Translations under genes and position numbers: made by a program
From: Octopus sinensis
Taxonomy: Eukaryota
Length of the DNA: 64,000 nt
Direction: 5' to 3'
NCBI RefSeq assembly: GCF_006345805.1
Contig: NC_043008.1
Span: 63,612,001-63,676,000, forward strand
In this document: one piece after another, positions 38,091 to 52,208 of the stretch
Layout of the letters: each line of letters opens with the position of its first letter
Numbering within the stretch: the stretch's first letter is position 1
The notes under the pieces: model-generated
What the model was told of the DNA's origin: nothing
What the model saw: only the letters and a program-made list of their open reading frames with translations
Database searches by the model: none

Positions 38091-38428
38091 GCGCATGGCT
38101 CAGTGGTTAGAGCGTCGAGCTTACGATCGTGAGGTTGTGAGCTCGAATCCCGGACCGGGCTGTGTGTTATGTTCTTGAGCAAGACACTTTATTTCACGTT
38201 GCTCCAGTTCACTCAGCTGTAGAAATGAGTTGCGACGTCACAGGTGCCAAGCTGTATCGACCTTTGTCTTTCCCTTGGATAACACTGGTGGCGTGGAGAG
38301 GGGAGGCCGGTATGCATGGGCGACTACTGGTCTTCCATAAAACAACCTTGCCCAGACTTGTGCCTCAGAGGGTAACTCTCTAGGTGCAAACCCATGGTCA
38401 CTCATGACCGAAGGGGGTCTTTGCCCCT
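38091..38428 (+). mobile_element. tRNA-headed SINE
   Basis: Head gcgcatggctcagtggttagagcg...gctcgaatccc, then ttcttgagcaagacactttatttcacgttgctccag. Related copies on the minus strand at 47465-47695 and 50440-50680. Confidence 0.85.
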
Positions 38429-38659
38429 TATATATATATATAGAAAGAAGCAACAAGAATGGATTAGTTTTTAGTACAATTGTTTCATACAAAGACAGGC
38501 TTTATTACAAGTTGCAAAAATTGCAGCAGATAATCACCCCACATTACTGTATGGTTAACACCATATAGTTTTTCTGGTGCATCTAAGTTAAGTACCACAT
38601 TCAAGTAAATTCATTGGAATTTACTTGAATCTTAATTGCTTTGATTGTATATATATATA

Positions 38660-38830
38660 TCACCTTGACCACCTTGACTGGCCAGTCCGTCAGGCGTCCA
38701 TTTGACACCGCTGGTCACAGCACGCTGTCCACTCCTCTCTGGATCACGCCTTTCTCATCCACGTGATCCCAATCGTCTTCGTGAAATCGTAATTCCACTG
38801 TCGTGGAGGTCTTCCAGGTGGTCTTTTTGG
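38660..38830 (-). mobile_element. RTE LINE 3' end fragment
   Basis: Minus-strand peptide PKRPPGRPPRQWNYDFTKTIGITWMRKA*SREEW resembles an RTE C-terminus. Confidence 0.7.
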
Positions 38831-39042
38831 TATATATATATGTATATACATTAATATTAATATATATAGTAATTTAGCGGTTCTATAGAATAAGTATTAG
38901 ACTTACAAGGAATAAGACCTGGGGTCAATTTGTTCAACTAAAGGCTGTGCTACAGCATGACCACGGTCAACTGACTGAAACAAATAAAAGAATATGTGTA
39001 TATGTAAGTATCTATATATGTATGTATATATGCATGCATGCA

Positions 39043-39073
<31 letters not shown>

Positions 39074-39461
39074 GTGTATGTATGTATGTATGAATGTATG
39101 TATGTACATGTGTATGTATGTGTGTGTATGTATATGAGTGCTGCTTGTAATATATAGGAATGAAATCTAACTTATTACTTCTTCAAATCATTGCTATTTG
39201 TAGTTTCACATTATTCATTGAGTTCTACTTTACTGATGTTTTTAGTACATCAACAAATTTTAAATTACTTATGTGTGTGTGCACATGTGTGAAGATATGT
39301 GCATAAGTGTGTGAGTGTGTGTGAGTGTGCGTGTGTATTTGCGAGTATGTGTATGTGTATGCATATATATATGTATATATGTGTGTGTGTGTGTAAATGT
39401 TTATGTATATGTGTAAGTATATATATATATACATATACACACACATTCATTTACATATATA

Positions 39462-39530
<69 letters not shown>

Positions 39531-40369
39531 ATATATATACATGTATATATATGTATATATGCATATATATATATGCATATATATGTATTGTATATATATT
39601 AATATATACTTATATAATGATGTCTATTATGTATGAGTGTGTATACATGTATGTATAGATAGATAGATAAATAGATAGATAGATAGACAGACAGACAAAT
39701 AGATAGATAGATACATAGATACATACATACATACATACATACAAACATACATACATACATGCATGTATACTTTGATTAATGTACCCTCTCCATAAACAAA
39801 TATACAAGTGTCTATTTTTTCTGATTTATGGGTACTTAGATTATTCTAAGTATACACACACCCTCTCACACTCACCAACAACATGTTTTCCGGAATTCGG
39901 TTGGCATTAGAATACAGACACAAAACAAGAATTGAAATGAAATTTGAAACAGAAACCTTATAAAGTAGGAAAATCTTGATTGCATGGGAAAATAAAGTAA
40001 ATAAATGAAAAGAAATGAAATTAGAGATTTTCGTTTGTTTTCTTTGTCAGTGAATCATTGAATAATTTTATCAATAAATCTTTAAAACAGGAGAGAGAAA
40101 CTGGTTGAGAGGGATTTCTGAAAGCTTCTATCTTTGTGCCATTTATATTTTATTAGTTTCTTTGTAATTTTTACCTGCATGTAATGGTTCATGGGATGAA
40201 AAGGAATAAAACAACAAACGTTATGAGTTGAGAATCTTACATTATTCTATAAATACTTTATCATAACGAACTCAGTACACTTTTGAATATAAAACGAAAT
40301 CTGTTTAACACTTTGATAAAATAGTTTGATAATTTGTGAGCACCCATTTGTTGTGAGATTTTCTACCTC

Positions 40370-40371
<2 letters not shown>

Positions 40372-40419
<48 letters not shown>

Positions 40420-40468
40420 TTTGTTGTTGTTGGTTTTATCATAATTATTGTTGTTATCATTATTATTA

Positions 40469-40519
<51 letters not shown>

Positions 40520-40578
40520 TATTATTATTATTTTTGCTGTTGTTGTTTTTATCATTATTATTGTTGTTATGATTATTA

Positions 40579-40650
<72 letters not shown>
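40372..40650. repeat. (TTA)n/(TTG) microsatellite
   Basis: Visible directly. Confidence 0.97.
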
Positions 40651-40651
<1 letters not shown>

Positions 40652-40929
40652 TTTATTTTTTTATTTTAGTAGGAACTGTACACATTCATGGCAGTTCTCT
40701 ATCCATGTTACTCCAAGAATGAATGATTCTTCATTTGAAAGCACTTATTTTGAATGTGATTGTGTTTTGGGATGTATATAGAACAATCTACATACAAGCA
40801 GTGAATTTTAAATAATGAAAAATGTAATCTCCTTTTCGAATATTAAATTTTCTATTTTTATAGTTTTATCATCGATATTGTAATCCTCACTCTTTTCTGT
40901 AAAGCGGTGCTATCGTCGACAATACCACC

Positions 40930-41196
40930 ATCACTGCCACCTCCGCCTTTGCCGCCGCCTCTGCCACCACCGCAATCACCACCACCATCATTGTTGTGGT
41001 TGTTGTCATCGGCATCGTCATCATCATCATCATCATCATCATTATAATCATCATCATCAGCAGCAGCATCTCATCGTTGCTGGCACCACTGCTTTTGTTG
41101 CTGCCACAGTAAAAAAACCTCATCACATTCAAGGTCACCATCACCATCATCATCCTCTTCCTCCTCATCATCATCATCATCATCGCCATCATTATC

Positions 41197-41228
<32 letters not shown>

Positions 41229-41315
41229 CATCCACATCATCATCATCGTCATTATCCTCGTTATCATCATCATCATCATTATCATCATCATTGGCATCAT
41301 CATTATCGTCCTTGC

Positions 41316-41366
<51 letters not shown>

Positions 41367-41455
41367 TATCATCATTGCCATCATCATCATCATCCTTGCC
41401 ATCATCATCATCATCATCATCGTCATCATCGTCATCATCTTCATCACCACAGTTG
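40930..41455. repeat. degenerate (CAT)n/(CAC)n trinucleotide tract
   Basis: Visible directly. It explains the poly-Met ORF 40887-41465. Confidence 0.95.
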
Positions 41456-41821
41456 TTGTAAACATTGTTACTCAGATCATTGTTACCTTAGTGTTTATCA
41501 TACCTGTACCTGAAGGTTATATTTCATGTGTCAGCAAAGTAAATTTTTTTTTTGTTTTGCTTACATGAGTCAGGTGGGTAGTCTTATATGCCACATCTGG
41601 AGGGTAGGTTTTGCCTTACATGGAACATAAGGGGACATTTCCTGTCACATATTTCAGGAAGGCATACCGCATTAAAAATCACCCTTCTTTAAAGTGTTCG
41701 TTATATGCGTTACAGATGTAGTATAGTATGTCTGTGTGTGTGATGTATATATGTACATATATAAAACACACACAAACACACTCACACAAAGAGAGACAAA
41801 CACACATGCATTCATACATGC

Positions 41822-41860
<39 letters not shown>

Positions 41861-41863
41861 CGT

Positions 41864-42165
41864 GGAGGTGCAATGGCCCAGTGGTTAGGGTAGTGGACTC
41901 GCGGTTGGACTCGTGGTTTCGATTCCCAGACCATGCATAGTGAGTGTTTATTGAGCGAAAACACCTGAAGCTCCACGAGGTTCCGGCAGGGGATGGTGGT
42001 GATCCCTGCTGTACTCTTTCGCTGCAACTTTCTCTCACTCTTTCTTCTGTTGGCCTGCTCACTTAGCCAGCAGGGTGGTGTCATTTAAAGGCTAAAGCAA
42101 TGTGAAGTGCATTGTGACCAGTGATGTGTAGCAACATCTGATAGCCTAGTCGGTCACGTGACATC
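41864..42165 (+). mobile_element. SINE family C
   Basis: Colinear with 31078-31382. Confidence 0.88.
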
Positions 42166-42172
42166 ACATGAT

Positions 42173-42207
<35 letters not shown>

Positions 42208-42610
42208 CATACATATATCATACAACTCATGTGAGCAGTGGAAAAAGCGATTGTGAAATTGCTGTTGAGAAGGAAGAGCTGGAGGCGGCAGGGAGCAGGG
42301 AAAGGAGGACCAGAGGGAGGAGGTGCAGGGGAGAAGGAATAAAAGGATGAGGAGAATGTGATGTGGTAGAGTGGAAGGTGCAGGAAGTGGTGGAGGATTA
42401 CACACACACACACACACACATTCTTCATCAGTGGTTTTAGGGTGGTTTTCCATGTTGTCATAGAGTTAAATAAAACTTATTGATGCAAATTTTCCTTTGG
42501 CCAGACATGCTCTCTCTCTCTCATCCTCCGCTTCATTTTTTGTAAATCACTCATTCTCATTTAATTGTATATATTTTTTCTCAACCTTATTGTGAATGAA
42601 GAAATTCTCT

Positions 42611-42667
<57 letters not shown>

Positions 42668-43134
42668 GATGTCAACCCTTTCCTTGCTTTTCAAGTAAAA
42701 GGCTTTTGATTCCATTAACTAATCAAAACACATCCACTTAATTACAAAACATTTATTTCTGGATAATATAAAAATGTCATCATTTGACAAAAATTTCAAG
42801 TCTTAGATGTCATGTTTTCAATTATTATTCTTTATTATTTTGAGCATCACAGCTCTTTCCTCTACTAACACTTAGGGCATTCATGCTTTGACAGAAGAAA
42901 GCATTGTGTCTTTGTGATGTTGTTTGAGTTGACTGGTATCAACTTCTATTGTTCTTATGGTAAAGTATTGGTAAATATGAGGTCATTGTAGACATGGGTG
43001 TGTTGTATGAAGCTTCCCAGCCACCTGATTTTGGGTTCAATCCAGCTGCATGGCAAGTGTCTTCTACAATAGCCTCGGGCCAATCAAAACCATGTGGCAA
43101 ATGGAAAGTGAAAGAATCCAGTTGTATATATTAC

Positions 43135-43520
43135 TCTTTACTTTTTAATTGTTTCAGTCATGTGACTGTGACCATGCTGGAGCACCACCCTTAGTCGAGC
43201 AAATCGATTCCAGGACTTACTCTTTGTAAACGTAGTGCTTAGTCTATCGGTCTCTTTTGCCAAACCGTTAAGTTACAGGAATGTAAACACACCACCATCG
43301 GTTGTTAAGTGATGTTTGGGGGACAAACACGACACACAAACGTATACACACACACATATATAAGATGGGCTTCTTTCAGTTCCCGACTAACGAATCCACT
43401 CACAAGGCTTTGGGCAGCCTGAGGCTATAGTAGTAGACACTTGCCCAAGGAGCCATGCAATGGGACAAAACCCAGAACCATGTGGTTTGTAAACAAGTTA
43501 CTTACCACACAGCCATTCCT
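43135..43520 (-). mobile_element. SINE family A, near full length
   Basis: Colinear with 53181-53586. Confidence 0.85.
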
Positions 43521-44019
43521 ACATCCACTCTCCAGTCTGATTTGGCATGGTTCTATAGTTTGACACTCCCCCTAATGCCAACTGTGTGTGTGTGTCTGTG
43601 TGTGCGTGCATGCATATGTGTGTGTGTGTCTTTGTTTCTGTGTTTGCCCCCATCACCACCACTTGACAATTGATGTTGGGTCGTTTACATTCCTATAACT
43701 AAGCAGTTTGGCAAAAATAGACCAATAGAATAAATACCAGGCTTAAACAAAAAAATAAGCACTAGGGTTGATTCATTCAACTAAAAGTTCCTCTAGATTA
43801 TGCTCCAGCTTGGCCACAGTCTAATGGCTGAAACCGAAAATGAAAAATAATGTGAAAGTAAAAGAAGATTCTAGGCCACTTAGTGAGGGGTAGTGTTTTC
43901 TCAATGTTCAATATGCTGTGATTTTTCCCCCCTCTTTTAGTGGAGATGTCACACAATGCACTGACTCTAACTTGTTCCTTCAGATTCCATTTCTATGTAC
44001 CTGCTGAACTCACCCATCT

Positions 44020-44480
44020 TAACACTTTTGATACCAATCTGCCTGAAACCTTCCATGGTTGAATAATGTATCTTTACTGTTTCAAAAGAATTTAAATTAA
44101 AATCTTCCATCGAAATTTGTTGTTAATCCACATTTCAAACAAATGCTTAATAATGTCAGTGCTATTGAGTAATTTCTTCATTATTTTGAAAATAAATTGA
44201 AACAAAATGAGTATATCTTAACAGAAATATGGTAACAACAAGGTCAAGTCAACCTATTTGATATGAAACCATGTGAGACACCCACTGATTCTATGTTTCA
44301 CACTTCTTGTTATGAAGTAATTTCCATTAAAGCCTATCATCAAAAGTTTCAGGTTAATTTATATTCTAGATACCAGTTTAATAATTTGAAGTTGTTTCAC
44401 TAAATTCTTTATTGCTTTCCCCATTAACTGAAACAAAGGCAGTGTAATTCAACAGAAATAAATAGTAACAAAGAATTAAA
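44020..44480. mobile_element. two adjacent decayed piggyBac-like MITEs
   Basis: ttaacacttttgatacc...ggtaacaacaaggtcaa, followed by a second unit ending gtaacaaagaattaa. Related to 49040-49259. Confidence 0.55.
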
Positions 44481-44724
44481 TTCCCTGTTTAATGTATGTG
44501 GGAAATTTGTGTGCAGAATTCAGAACAGACAATGGTAGTAATACATGCAATTATAAATGTAAGTTAATGTGTTGTCTGTGGATATGAATATGTAAAAGCA
44601 TATGTTAAATATTGAAGTGTATAAAACAAGTAAATAGAATGAATGGGCTTTAATCCAAATCACAGCAATTGTTTTTGTGAATTAGCATCAGCAATTAGTT
44701 ACTAAGTGTTTCATATATTATATA

Positions 44725-45237
44725 CTAGCAGTATCGCCCGGCGTTGCTCGAGTTTGTAAGGGAAATAACTATATAAGCCTTTTTAGAGTGTTACTTTCCT
44801 TATAGATGCCAATTCGGGCTTTCTTAGCCATTTCTGTTTTGGTGTCTTCAAGCCATGAAGTCGTTGTTCTAAAAGAACGCTGGTCTCCTTGACAACGCTT
44901 TACGACGTTGATTTCTTTACACTCCCTTCCCCACAGCTTCACGAGGGAGGGAAGAAGGGGGAGAAGCAAACAGGTGCAGCTGTGACCATGGACGCCAACT
45001 CTGCCGCCATCGACACACGAAAAATTATGCATTAAAATGGAATAATAAATGATGTTAAATTATTTTAAAAATCGTAGACTCATCGTAGACGCACGCTAAT
45101 ACTCAGACGGGCTCAATATGAATCCGAACTATAAGATACTCGAATTTGGTTAAACTGCACCGCAAAATGTGGGAGTAGTTAGGAATCTAAATCGAAGGGG
45201 ACAGACACTCACACAACTACAGTTTTATATATATAGA
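44725..45237 (-). mobile_element. non-autonomous Helitron
   Basis: The minus strand starts TCTATATATATAAAA after an A and ends ctcgagcaacgccgggcgatactg-CTAG before a T. The 3' terminus is nearly identical to that of 3002-3328. Confidence 0.85.
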
Positions 45238-45943
45238 TTTCATTATATAAATATATAAATATGATCCAGCAATAGCTGTGTGCTTGCACAGGTCTATTTA
45301 AGGACAACTCTCTTTTCCTGGTGGAGTAGAAATGGAGCGATTTAGATAAAATTGTTTAAATTCTTTAAAAATTTAAGACTATCTATAACAAATAAAGTAG
45401 TTAATTTTTGTAGATGTAGCATTTGATTTAAACACTAGACTTTACGATACTATCACAAACACAATGAGAATTTAAAGTATGTAAATGAAAATCCACTCAT
45501 CTGAATTCAGTATTAAGAGTAGAATGAAAGGTGTCTCAAATAGAATTTTCAGGCTCTCTGCCAATGAAACATTAGTTAATTCACATGCTGGGTATTTTAC
45601 AATGTAGTAGCACTAACCAGTGCTAGGTACAATGAAAATAAGTATGCACCAAGCAACAGTATAGCTAATTAATATAAAAAGGAAAATAAAGAACAAAAAG
45701 AAGAGACTCAATGATAATTATATTAGCGAACATAAAGGGAATGTAAACTTTAGGGTTGGTATTGCAGAAAGGAAAATATTAAACTTAGAAGCAGAGTTTG
45801 ATAGTCAAATAAAATCAAATACAATTAGTAATACAGACAGAAGCAAAGCAGTTGGAAATAGGAATAAAAAAGGCCTATTTTAATTCCAATTGTAATGACT
45901 TTACAAAGAGCGATAACAATTATACTAAACCTAATAATAAATT

Positions 45944-46350
45944 TTATTTCTGTATTGCCCACAAGGGGCTAAACATAGAGGGGACAAAAAAGGACAGGAA
46001 AAGAGCTTAAGTCAATTAAATTGACCCCAGTGCATAACTGGTACTTAATTTATTGACCCCGAAAGGATGAAAGGCAAAGTCGACCTCAGCAGAATTTGAA
46101 CGCAGAACATAGCGACAGACGAAATACCTATTTCTTTACTACCCACAAGGGGCTAAACACAGAGGGGACAAACAAGGACAGACAAACGGATTAAGTCGAT
46201 TACATCGACCCCAGTGCGTAACTGGTACTTAATTTATCGACCCCAAAAGGATGAAAGGCAAAGTCGACCTTGGCAGAATTTGAACTCAGAACATAGCGGC
46301 AGACAAAATACCGCTAAGCATTTCACCCAGCATGCTAACGTTTCTGCCAA
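45944..46350 (-). mobile_element. head-to-tail dimer of SINE family B
   Basis: The tail aaagaaataggtat of one unit runs directly into the internal gtatttcgtc of the second unit at about 46125. Confidence 0.85.
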
Positions 46351-46939
46351 ATTCTGATAAATGTATCATGTGGTTCATCTCAGTGCTCAGATTACACATA
46401 GCATCTTTAATTGTTAGGAAATTTTCTTTGCATTAGATACACATTTCCCTAGATCCAGTAGGTATTATAAAATTGATAACTGGAATATGGTGAAATTGCA
46501 GTTTGCAACATCAAAAAAACCTTGCATACCATATTCATAAACTGAATAATAGAAAGCTGAATATGGCAATAATAATTTCTAATAACTTGTTCAAAGTAAT
46601 CATTTCTTTATTTTGTCTAAGTTTTATAATTAGTGTTCTGTGTTTGTATCCAGCTGGTGTTGATTTAGATCCTACTTATGTTACCATTGTCCCTATGACC
46701 ATTTGATTCAGCAGATCATATTCCAAAATAGTATCTTCTCTCTTTCAGCTTTAAAATGTAAATCTGATAATTACATCCTAAATAAGAACAAGATTATTCT
46801 TATCAAAACAGCTTACAGAACGTTTACGTATGAACATAAAACTTTGTTAAGTTAGAATTAAATAAATAATGTCACATAAAACAAATATTGAACAAAAACA
46901 TATTAAGGAAAATTCATATTTCAGACATTCAAGTGTTTT

Positions 46940-47150
46940 TGGACATCCAAGTCAGTCTAAAAGACTTACACAAAATAGCAGAAGGGATATTGCCAGATGA
47001 CATGAGATTGAGAGTGGTGGTGGAAGGAAGACCATCAACCTGTTATCAGTATGGAGAGAGGGGACACATGAGAGCAAGGTTTCCTCGGAAAGACAAAGAA
47101 GGTGAAGAGGAGCAAAAGCAGCAGGGTGACCAAGTGACAGCCACACTAAG
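46940..47150 (+). mobile_element. LINE ORF1-like zinc-knuckle relic (L1/Tx1-like)
   Basis: Peptide LRVVVEGRPSTCYQYGERGHMRARFP is a degenerate C-x2-C-x4-H-x4-C knuckle preceded by V.V.GRP. Confidence 0.55.
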
Positions 47151-48049
47151 TGAGAAGTATTTGGAGACAAACCTATTTGGCACAGACTGGATGAAACTAT
47201 TTAATTTATGGGACCTCGCCATGAATATTTTTTGTAATAATGTAAAAGATTCTTACGCCAGTTCAAATGAGGTGTCAGAAAATTAAAAAAAGATATTAAA
47301 AAGATTTTTTCTGATGGTTTTTTTTTCTTTATGAAGAATTACGTAGGTGCACTAAGACAAAAAAGCAAAATTTCAAGTGAAAGAAAACGCTGTACTGGTA
47401 TTTAAACCGAAGCGAGCTGTACCTTTCATGGCATTGAATCAAGTCAATGAGGAATTGGGTAGACATGCACACCAACCTCCCCTCTCCATGCCACCACCAA
47501 TGTTGTCCAAGGAAAAGGCAAAGGCCGATACAGCTTGGCACCAGTGACATCACAACTCATTTCTACAGCTGAGTGAACTGGAACAACATGAAATAAAATG
47601 TCTTGCTCAAGAACACAACATGCAGCCCAGTCCAGGAATCGAACTCACAACCTCACAATTGTAAGCTTCAAGCTCTAACCACTGAGCCATGCTCCTTCAC
47701 ACACACACATATAATACATTGTTATATGTGTTACTTCAAATTGCTGTTGCAAGGCAAATTTTAATGTGAGTGTGTGTGAAAAAATTTGAAACTGTTTTTA
47801 AAGTGTGTGTTTGTAAATGCATGAGTAAATATAACAACTGTATGGAAATGAACTGTATTATGAACTGTTGGTCTGGTTGATGAAGAAATTGTTAGAATAG
47901 AATGTATAGGTGTATGTGTTTTTTTTGCATTGGGTATCTATGTGTGTATGCATGTGTGTGCTTGTGTGTTAGAAGAGGAGTAGCATTGGTTTGATGTGAA
48001 TATGGGAATTCAACTTTTAAATATTTGCTCTGAAGATTCCATGAGCACA

Positions 48050-48174
48050 GAGAAAGAGAGAGAGAGGGGGTAAGCAATAGAGTGTAGATAAATATGGTGC
48101 AAGAGAGAGAGAGGGGGGGAGTTGGCTGTTAATATAGTGAGAGATTGGGGGTAAGGGATAGTTAGACAGATAAA

Positions 48175-48215
<41 letters not shown>

Positions 48216-48545
48216 GGGAGAGAGAGAAAATATGGAAATTATAAATACTGTGAGAGGCAGAATGAGAAAGAGTGAGAAAGAGAGAAGGAATGAGTAATAA
48301 AGAGAGAGAGAGAGAAAGTAGAGACAGTGTAGGAGAGACGAATATAGTGAATAAGAGAGAAAGATAGGACATTGAAATAGTGAGGAGATAGTGTAGGAGA
48401 GACGAATATAGTGAGTAAGGGAGAGAGGTAGGATACTGAAATAGTGAGACAAAGAGATTGATATACTAAAAGAAAGAGATATAATGGTAAGCAGTGAATG
48501 TATGAGGGAGAGTGAGAAAGAGAGAAAGAGTGTAAACCTGCAAGT
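48050..48545. repeat. GA-rich compound repeat with degenerate internal duplications
   Basis: (GA)n tracts and duplicated gtgtaggagagacgaatatagtga units. Confidence 0.85.
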
Positions 48546-49039
48546 GATTTCCAGGATGGTAAGAAAGTAATTCTAAAAATTAAATGAAGAATCTTAATCC
48601 ACAGATTCAAGAGAAGTGAATAAGTAGAAACAACTCAGCAGAAAGATGATGTGAAGAAAGCTTAGAATGTGTGCATCAATATAATGTCATTAATTTATGG
48701 ATCAGCTGAGATGAAGGCTGCAGATGTGCTGTAGCAGAATGAGAGGTAATGAAAGTAGAAAACTAAAATAAAACCAGTTCCAGTGCAGTCTGGGAGAATA
48801 GAAAAAGAAATGAGATATATGTAGAGAGATAGCTGGGGAGAAATATGGAAGGATAACAAAAGAAAATAGATAAAATGAATTTGTAACATATAGTCAGAGT
48901 CAGCTGATATTTTCATTTAGCTTCTGATCAGCTCTGGTCGATCAGACTTATGATTAAAGATATTTTAACCATCGATGACTAACCTGTCTCTTTGTATATC
49001 TTGGAGTATATTTGCCAGTCTATCCTTTCCTGTTTTTGA

Positions 49040-49259
49040 CCCTTTCGTTACCAGCCCGGCTGAGACCAGCTCTGGCTCTGAGTACAAATGTCTTGTTTTC
49101 ATAAGTTTCGTATTAAAATCTTCCACCAAACCTTAGTCACAATTTATGTTCCTAACACTAGCTGAATGATAACTAAGTTATTTTACTAAATTCTCTGTTA
49201 TATTTAAAGTAATTGAAAGAAACACAGAGCATCTCAAAATAAATACAGTAACAAAAAGG
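49040..49259. mobile_element. piggyBac-like MITE
   Basis: ttga+ccctttcgttac ... gtaacaaaaagg+ttaa. Confidence 0.7.
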
Positions 49260-51278
49260 TTAAAGACTACTTTTTTTAAGGATGTGTGTCGAGGGGATTT
49301 CACTGTTATTTCTGATGGATCAGATGGCTGTGTAGATGCTTCTTTAGTCTAAGAGCCTGATGTTGCAGGAAACTAGAATGGAATAGTCATTAAGTTCAAA
49401 TATATTTTTAGTTTGAAACTTCGACTAGTTTTTGTAAACCAGCTACAATGAAATCTCAATAAAAAGATAGATTAAAAAAAAGCCAATATAAAACAAAAGT
49501 AAAAATATATAATGAATTTCATTTAATGAATTCCATTTAATTACACATGCAAGTACAATCAGCACTATTTGGTCAGAATTACACTCACAAGACAAAAATG
49601 TTATTGAATTAAAAATGATTTGCATCAATATTCCAGGACGGGTTCTTCAATGGAGAATGGAAAGTTAGAAAACAAGAATCTATTTTTTGCAACAATATTG
49701 CTTTCTCTGCGAAATAACTTGAGTACATAGGGGGCTTTTTTCTTTTCTTTTATCTCTTGTGTTTTTGAAAATGGATTTAAAAAGAAAAGAAAAATAAATT
49801 GTCTCATTAATTTGAAATGACATGTGTTCAGCCCACGAAAAGGAAATATATTTTTAATTCATTTGTTGACTTTACACTGATCACCTATAAGTTATTGATA
49901 GCTTTATTTGTGTCCCTCTCCTCTGATTTTTTCTAGTAATTTTGCCTTCATAATAAAATATCAACTTTATTCTAGTGTGAAGAAAACAGCATAACAATTT
50001 CTTGTAAGAAGAAAACAACACAACATCGAGAAATGTTATGCCTTATATTATTATTTGTATTAAGATACAGGAGTTTAGCTGTTATTTCATCATGGGTTAG
50101 CCTTGTTCTGTTTTCGCCTATGATCATAGGCAGGCAAATCCTAACATTCTCATCTCATTTCCAGACACAATGTATCTGGGACTACATTATCCAAAGTATC
50201 TTATCCTGGTCAAAGACATTCCATTTCTGGTGATCCCATCTTATTTCCAGAGAGTATATCTGGGACTACCTTATCTTTTTTTAGTCAAAGACATTGTAAT
50301 CATGACACTCCCATTTTATTTAGTGACATACTGTACCTAAGAGTACATTATCCAATGTACGCTTTCTTGAACAAATTCTTCCAATTCTGAAAATTCCCTC
50401 CAATTTTCAGACATAATAAAAATAAAAATAAATGCACCCTTTTTAAAGCCTAGCCAGGCTCATGGGCTCTGTTTCCCAGTTTCTATGGCATATGTGTTCC
50501 CCAGCTGGACAGGACACCAGTCCATCGCAGTGTAACTCATTTTTGCCAGCTGAGTGGACTGGAGCAACTTGAAATGAAGTGTTTTGCTCAAGAACACAAC
50601 ACGTCGCATGGTCCAGGAATCGAAACCACAATCTTACAATCATGGTGCTGACACCCTAATCACTAAGCCACGTGCCTCCACATTTTCAGACATAGTGTAT
50701 CTAAAACAATCTTATCCAAAGTGTCCTTCTTTCTTTAAGACAGTAAAGACGGATTTGAGGAAGATTTTGGTTGCTATATTTCAAACATCAAAATTTCACA
50801 TACAAGCTCTCTACATTGCCTATACCAAAACTAACATAAAAAGCATAGCAATTTTACAATGCCAGAGTAAATATCGCCATGTGACAAAAGATGCTATCTT
50901 AACTATTCTGGTACCAAAAATAGACATTCAGTCAATACTCTCTCCGATTAATGGCAACAACATGGACAATTTAAGCACAAGAATATTTCTCTTATTTCAT
51001 TTGAATTCCAAGGCAGTATGTTTGACCTTATGCTGACATTGTTCTAGTTTAGTCTGAGGGTTACCTTAAGACTGGTTTTGACATGCTCCCATATTTTACA
51101 CTTTGCTGTTGATTATTACTATTAATATCAAATGGTTTTACAGAAAAATGTTCTATGTGGAAAGTAGAGAGTTAGGTTCTTCCTGATAATGCTCATTGTT
51201 AGTGTATGTCTATTTTAAGGATTCTAAAAGTTATGCTGTTAAATATATATATCATTGTATGTATATGTATATATATAA

Positions 51279-51321
<43 letters not shown>

Positions 51322-51329
51322 ATATATAT

Positions 51330-51400
<71 letters not shown>

Positions 51401-51740
51401 TACAGAAAGACAGACCGAGAGACAGACAAAAAGATAGATAGATTGATAGATAAATTAAGGAGGTATAGTTTTGTTGAGAATGATCTTTACAAAATAGACA
51501 ATATACTGAACCAAGTAGAATATCATAAATACATGTGTGTGTATCTCTCTCTTTGCCATGATAGATTGCTAGCCACTACACATTCTTTATTTTCTCTCCT
51601 TGTTTCTTTCTGTGTTCCTTTCTGTGGAAAAGTGTAGGCTCGAAACATTAAAGACTTTTTCACTTCCCGAGCATTATACAAATACATCAGTTTGTTGTCT
51701 ACACCACCTGTCTTTGTTTTTTGTTTTTTTCATGAATTCT

Positions 51741-51832
<92 letters not shown>

Positions 51833-52064
51833 TTACCCATATACATTTACTAATATATATATATGTATATATATGTGTATATATATATATGTGTGTATTT
51901 ATAAACAAGGGTACAAAATAGAATTACTATTGCTAGAAACAAGAGTCAAAAATGACTCAATTAGCCACAAAAAGCACTATCTTAATAAGTTGATGAAAGA
52001 CAGGAAATGAGAAAGCTTGTTACCATATATATACAAAAATAGGGAATAGAATAGATAAAATCTA

Positions 52065-52148
52065 GGCTACATATGTTTCATAGCTAACAGAACCTTGCAA
52101 AGAGTAATTGCCCAAACAAGGGGTAATCTGCAAGCTACTCATCAGGCC
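52065..52148 (-). ncRNA. type I hammerhead ribozyme, intact core, long helix II
   Basis: Minus strand GGC-CTGATGA-GTAGCT-t-GCAGA...TCTGT-t-AGCTAT-GAAA-CATATG-T-A-GCC. Helix I ggc/gcc, helix III palindrome ACATATGT, GUA triplet (cut after 52068). Confidence 0.88.
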
Positions 52149-52208
52149 AAATATACCTTAATCAAATGAAGTTTACATTGTCGTTAAGCGATCCCATGCT
52201 GACTTGCA

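Noticed and set aside
40326-41465. Long Tyr/Ile/Leu- and Met-rich ORFs up to 192 aa
   Set aside because: Read-through of (TTA)n and (CAT)n tracts.
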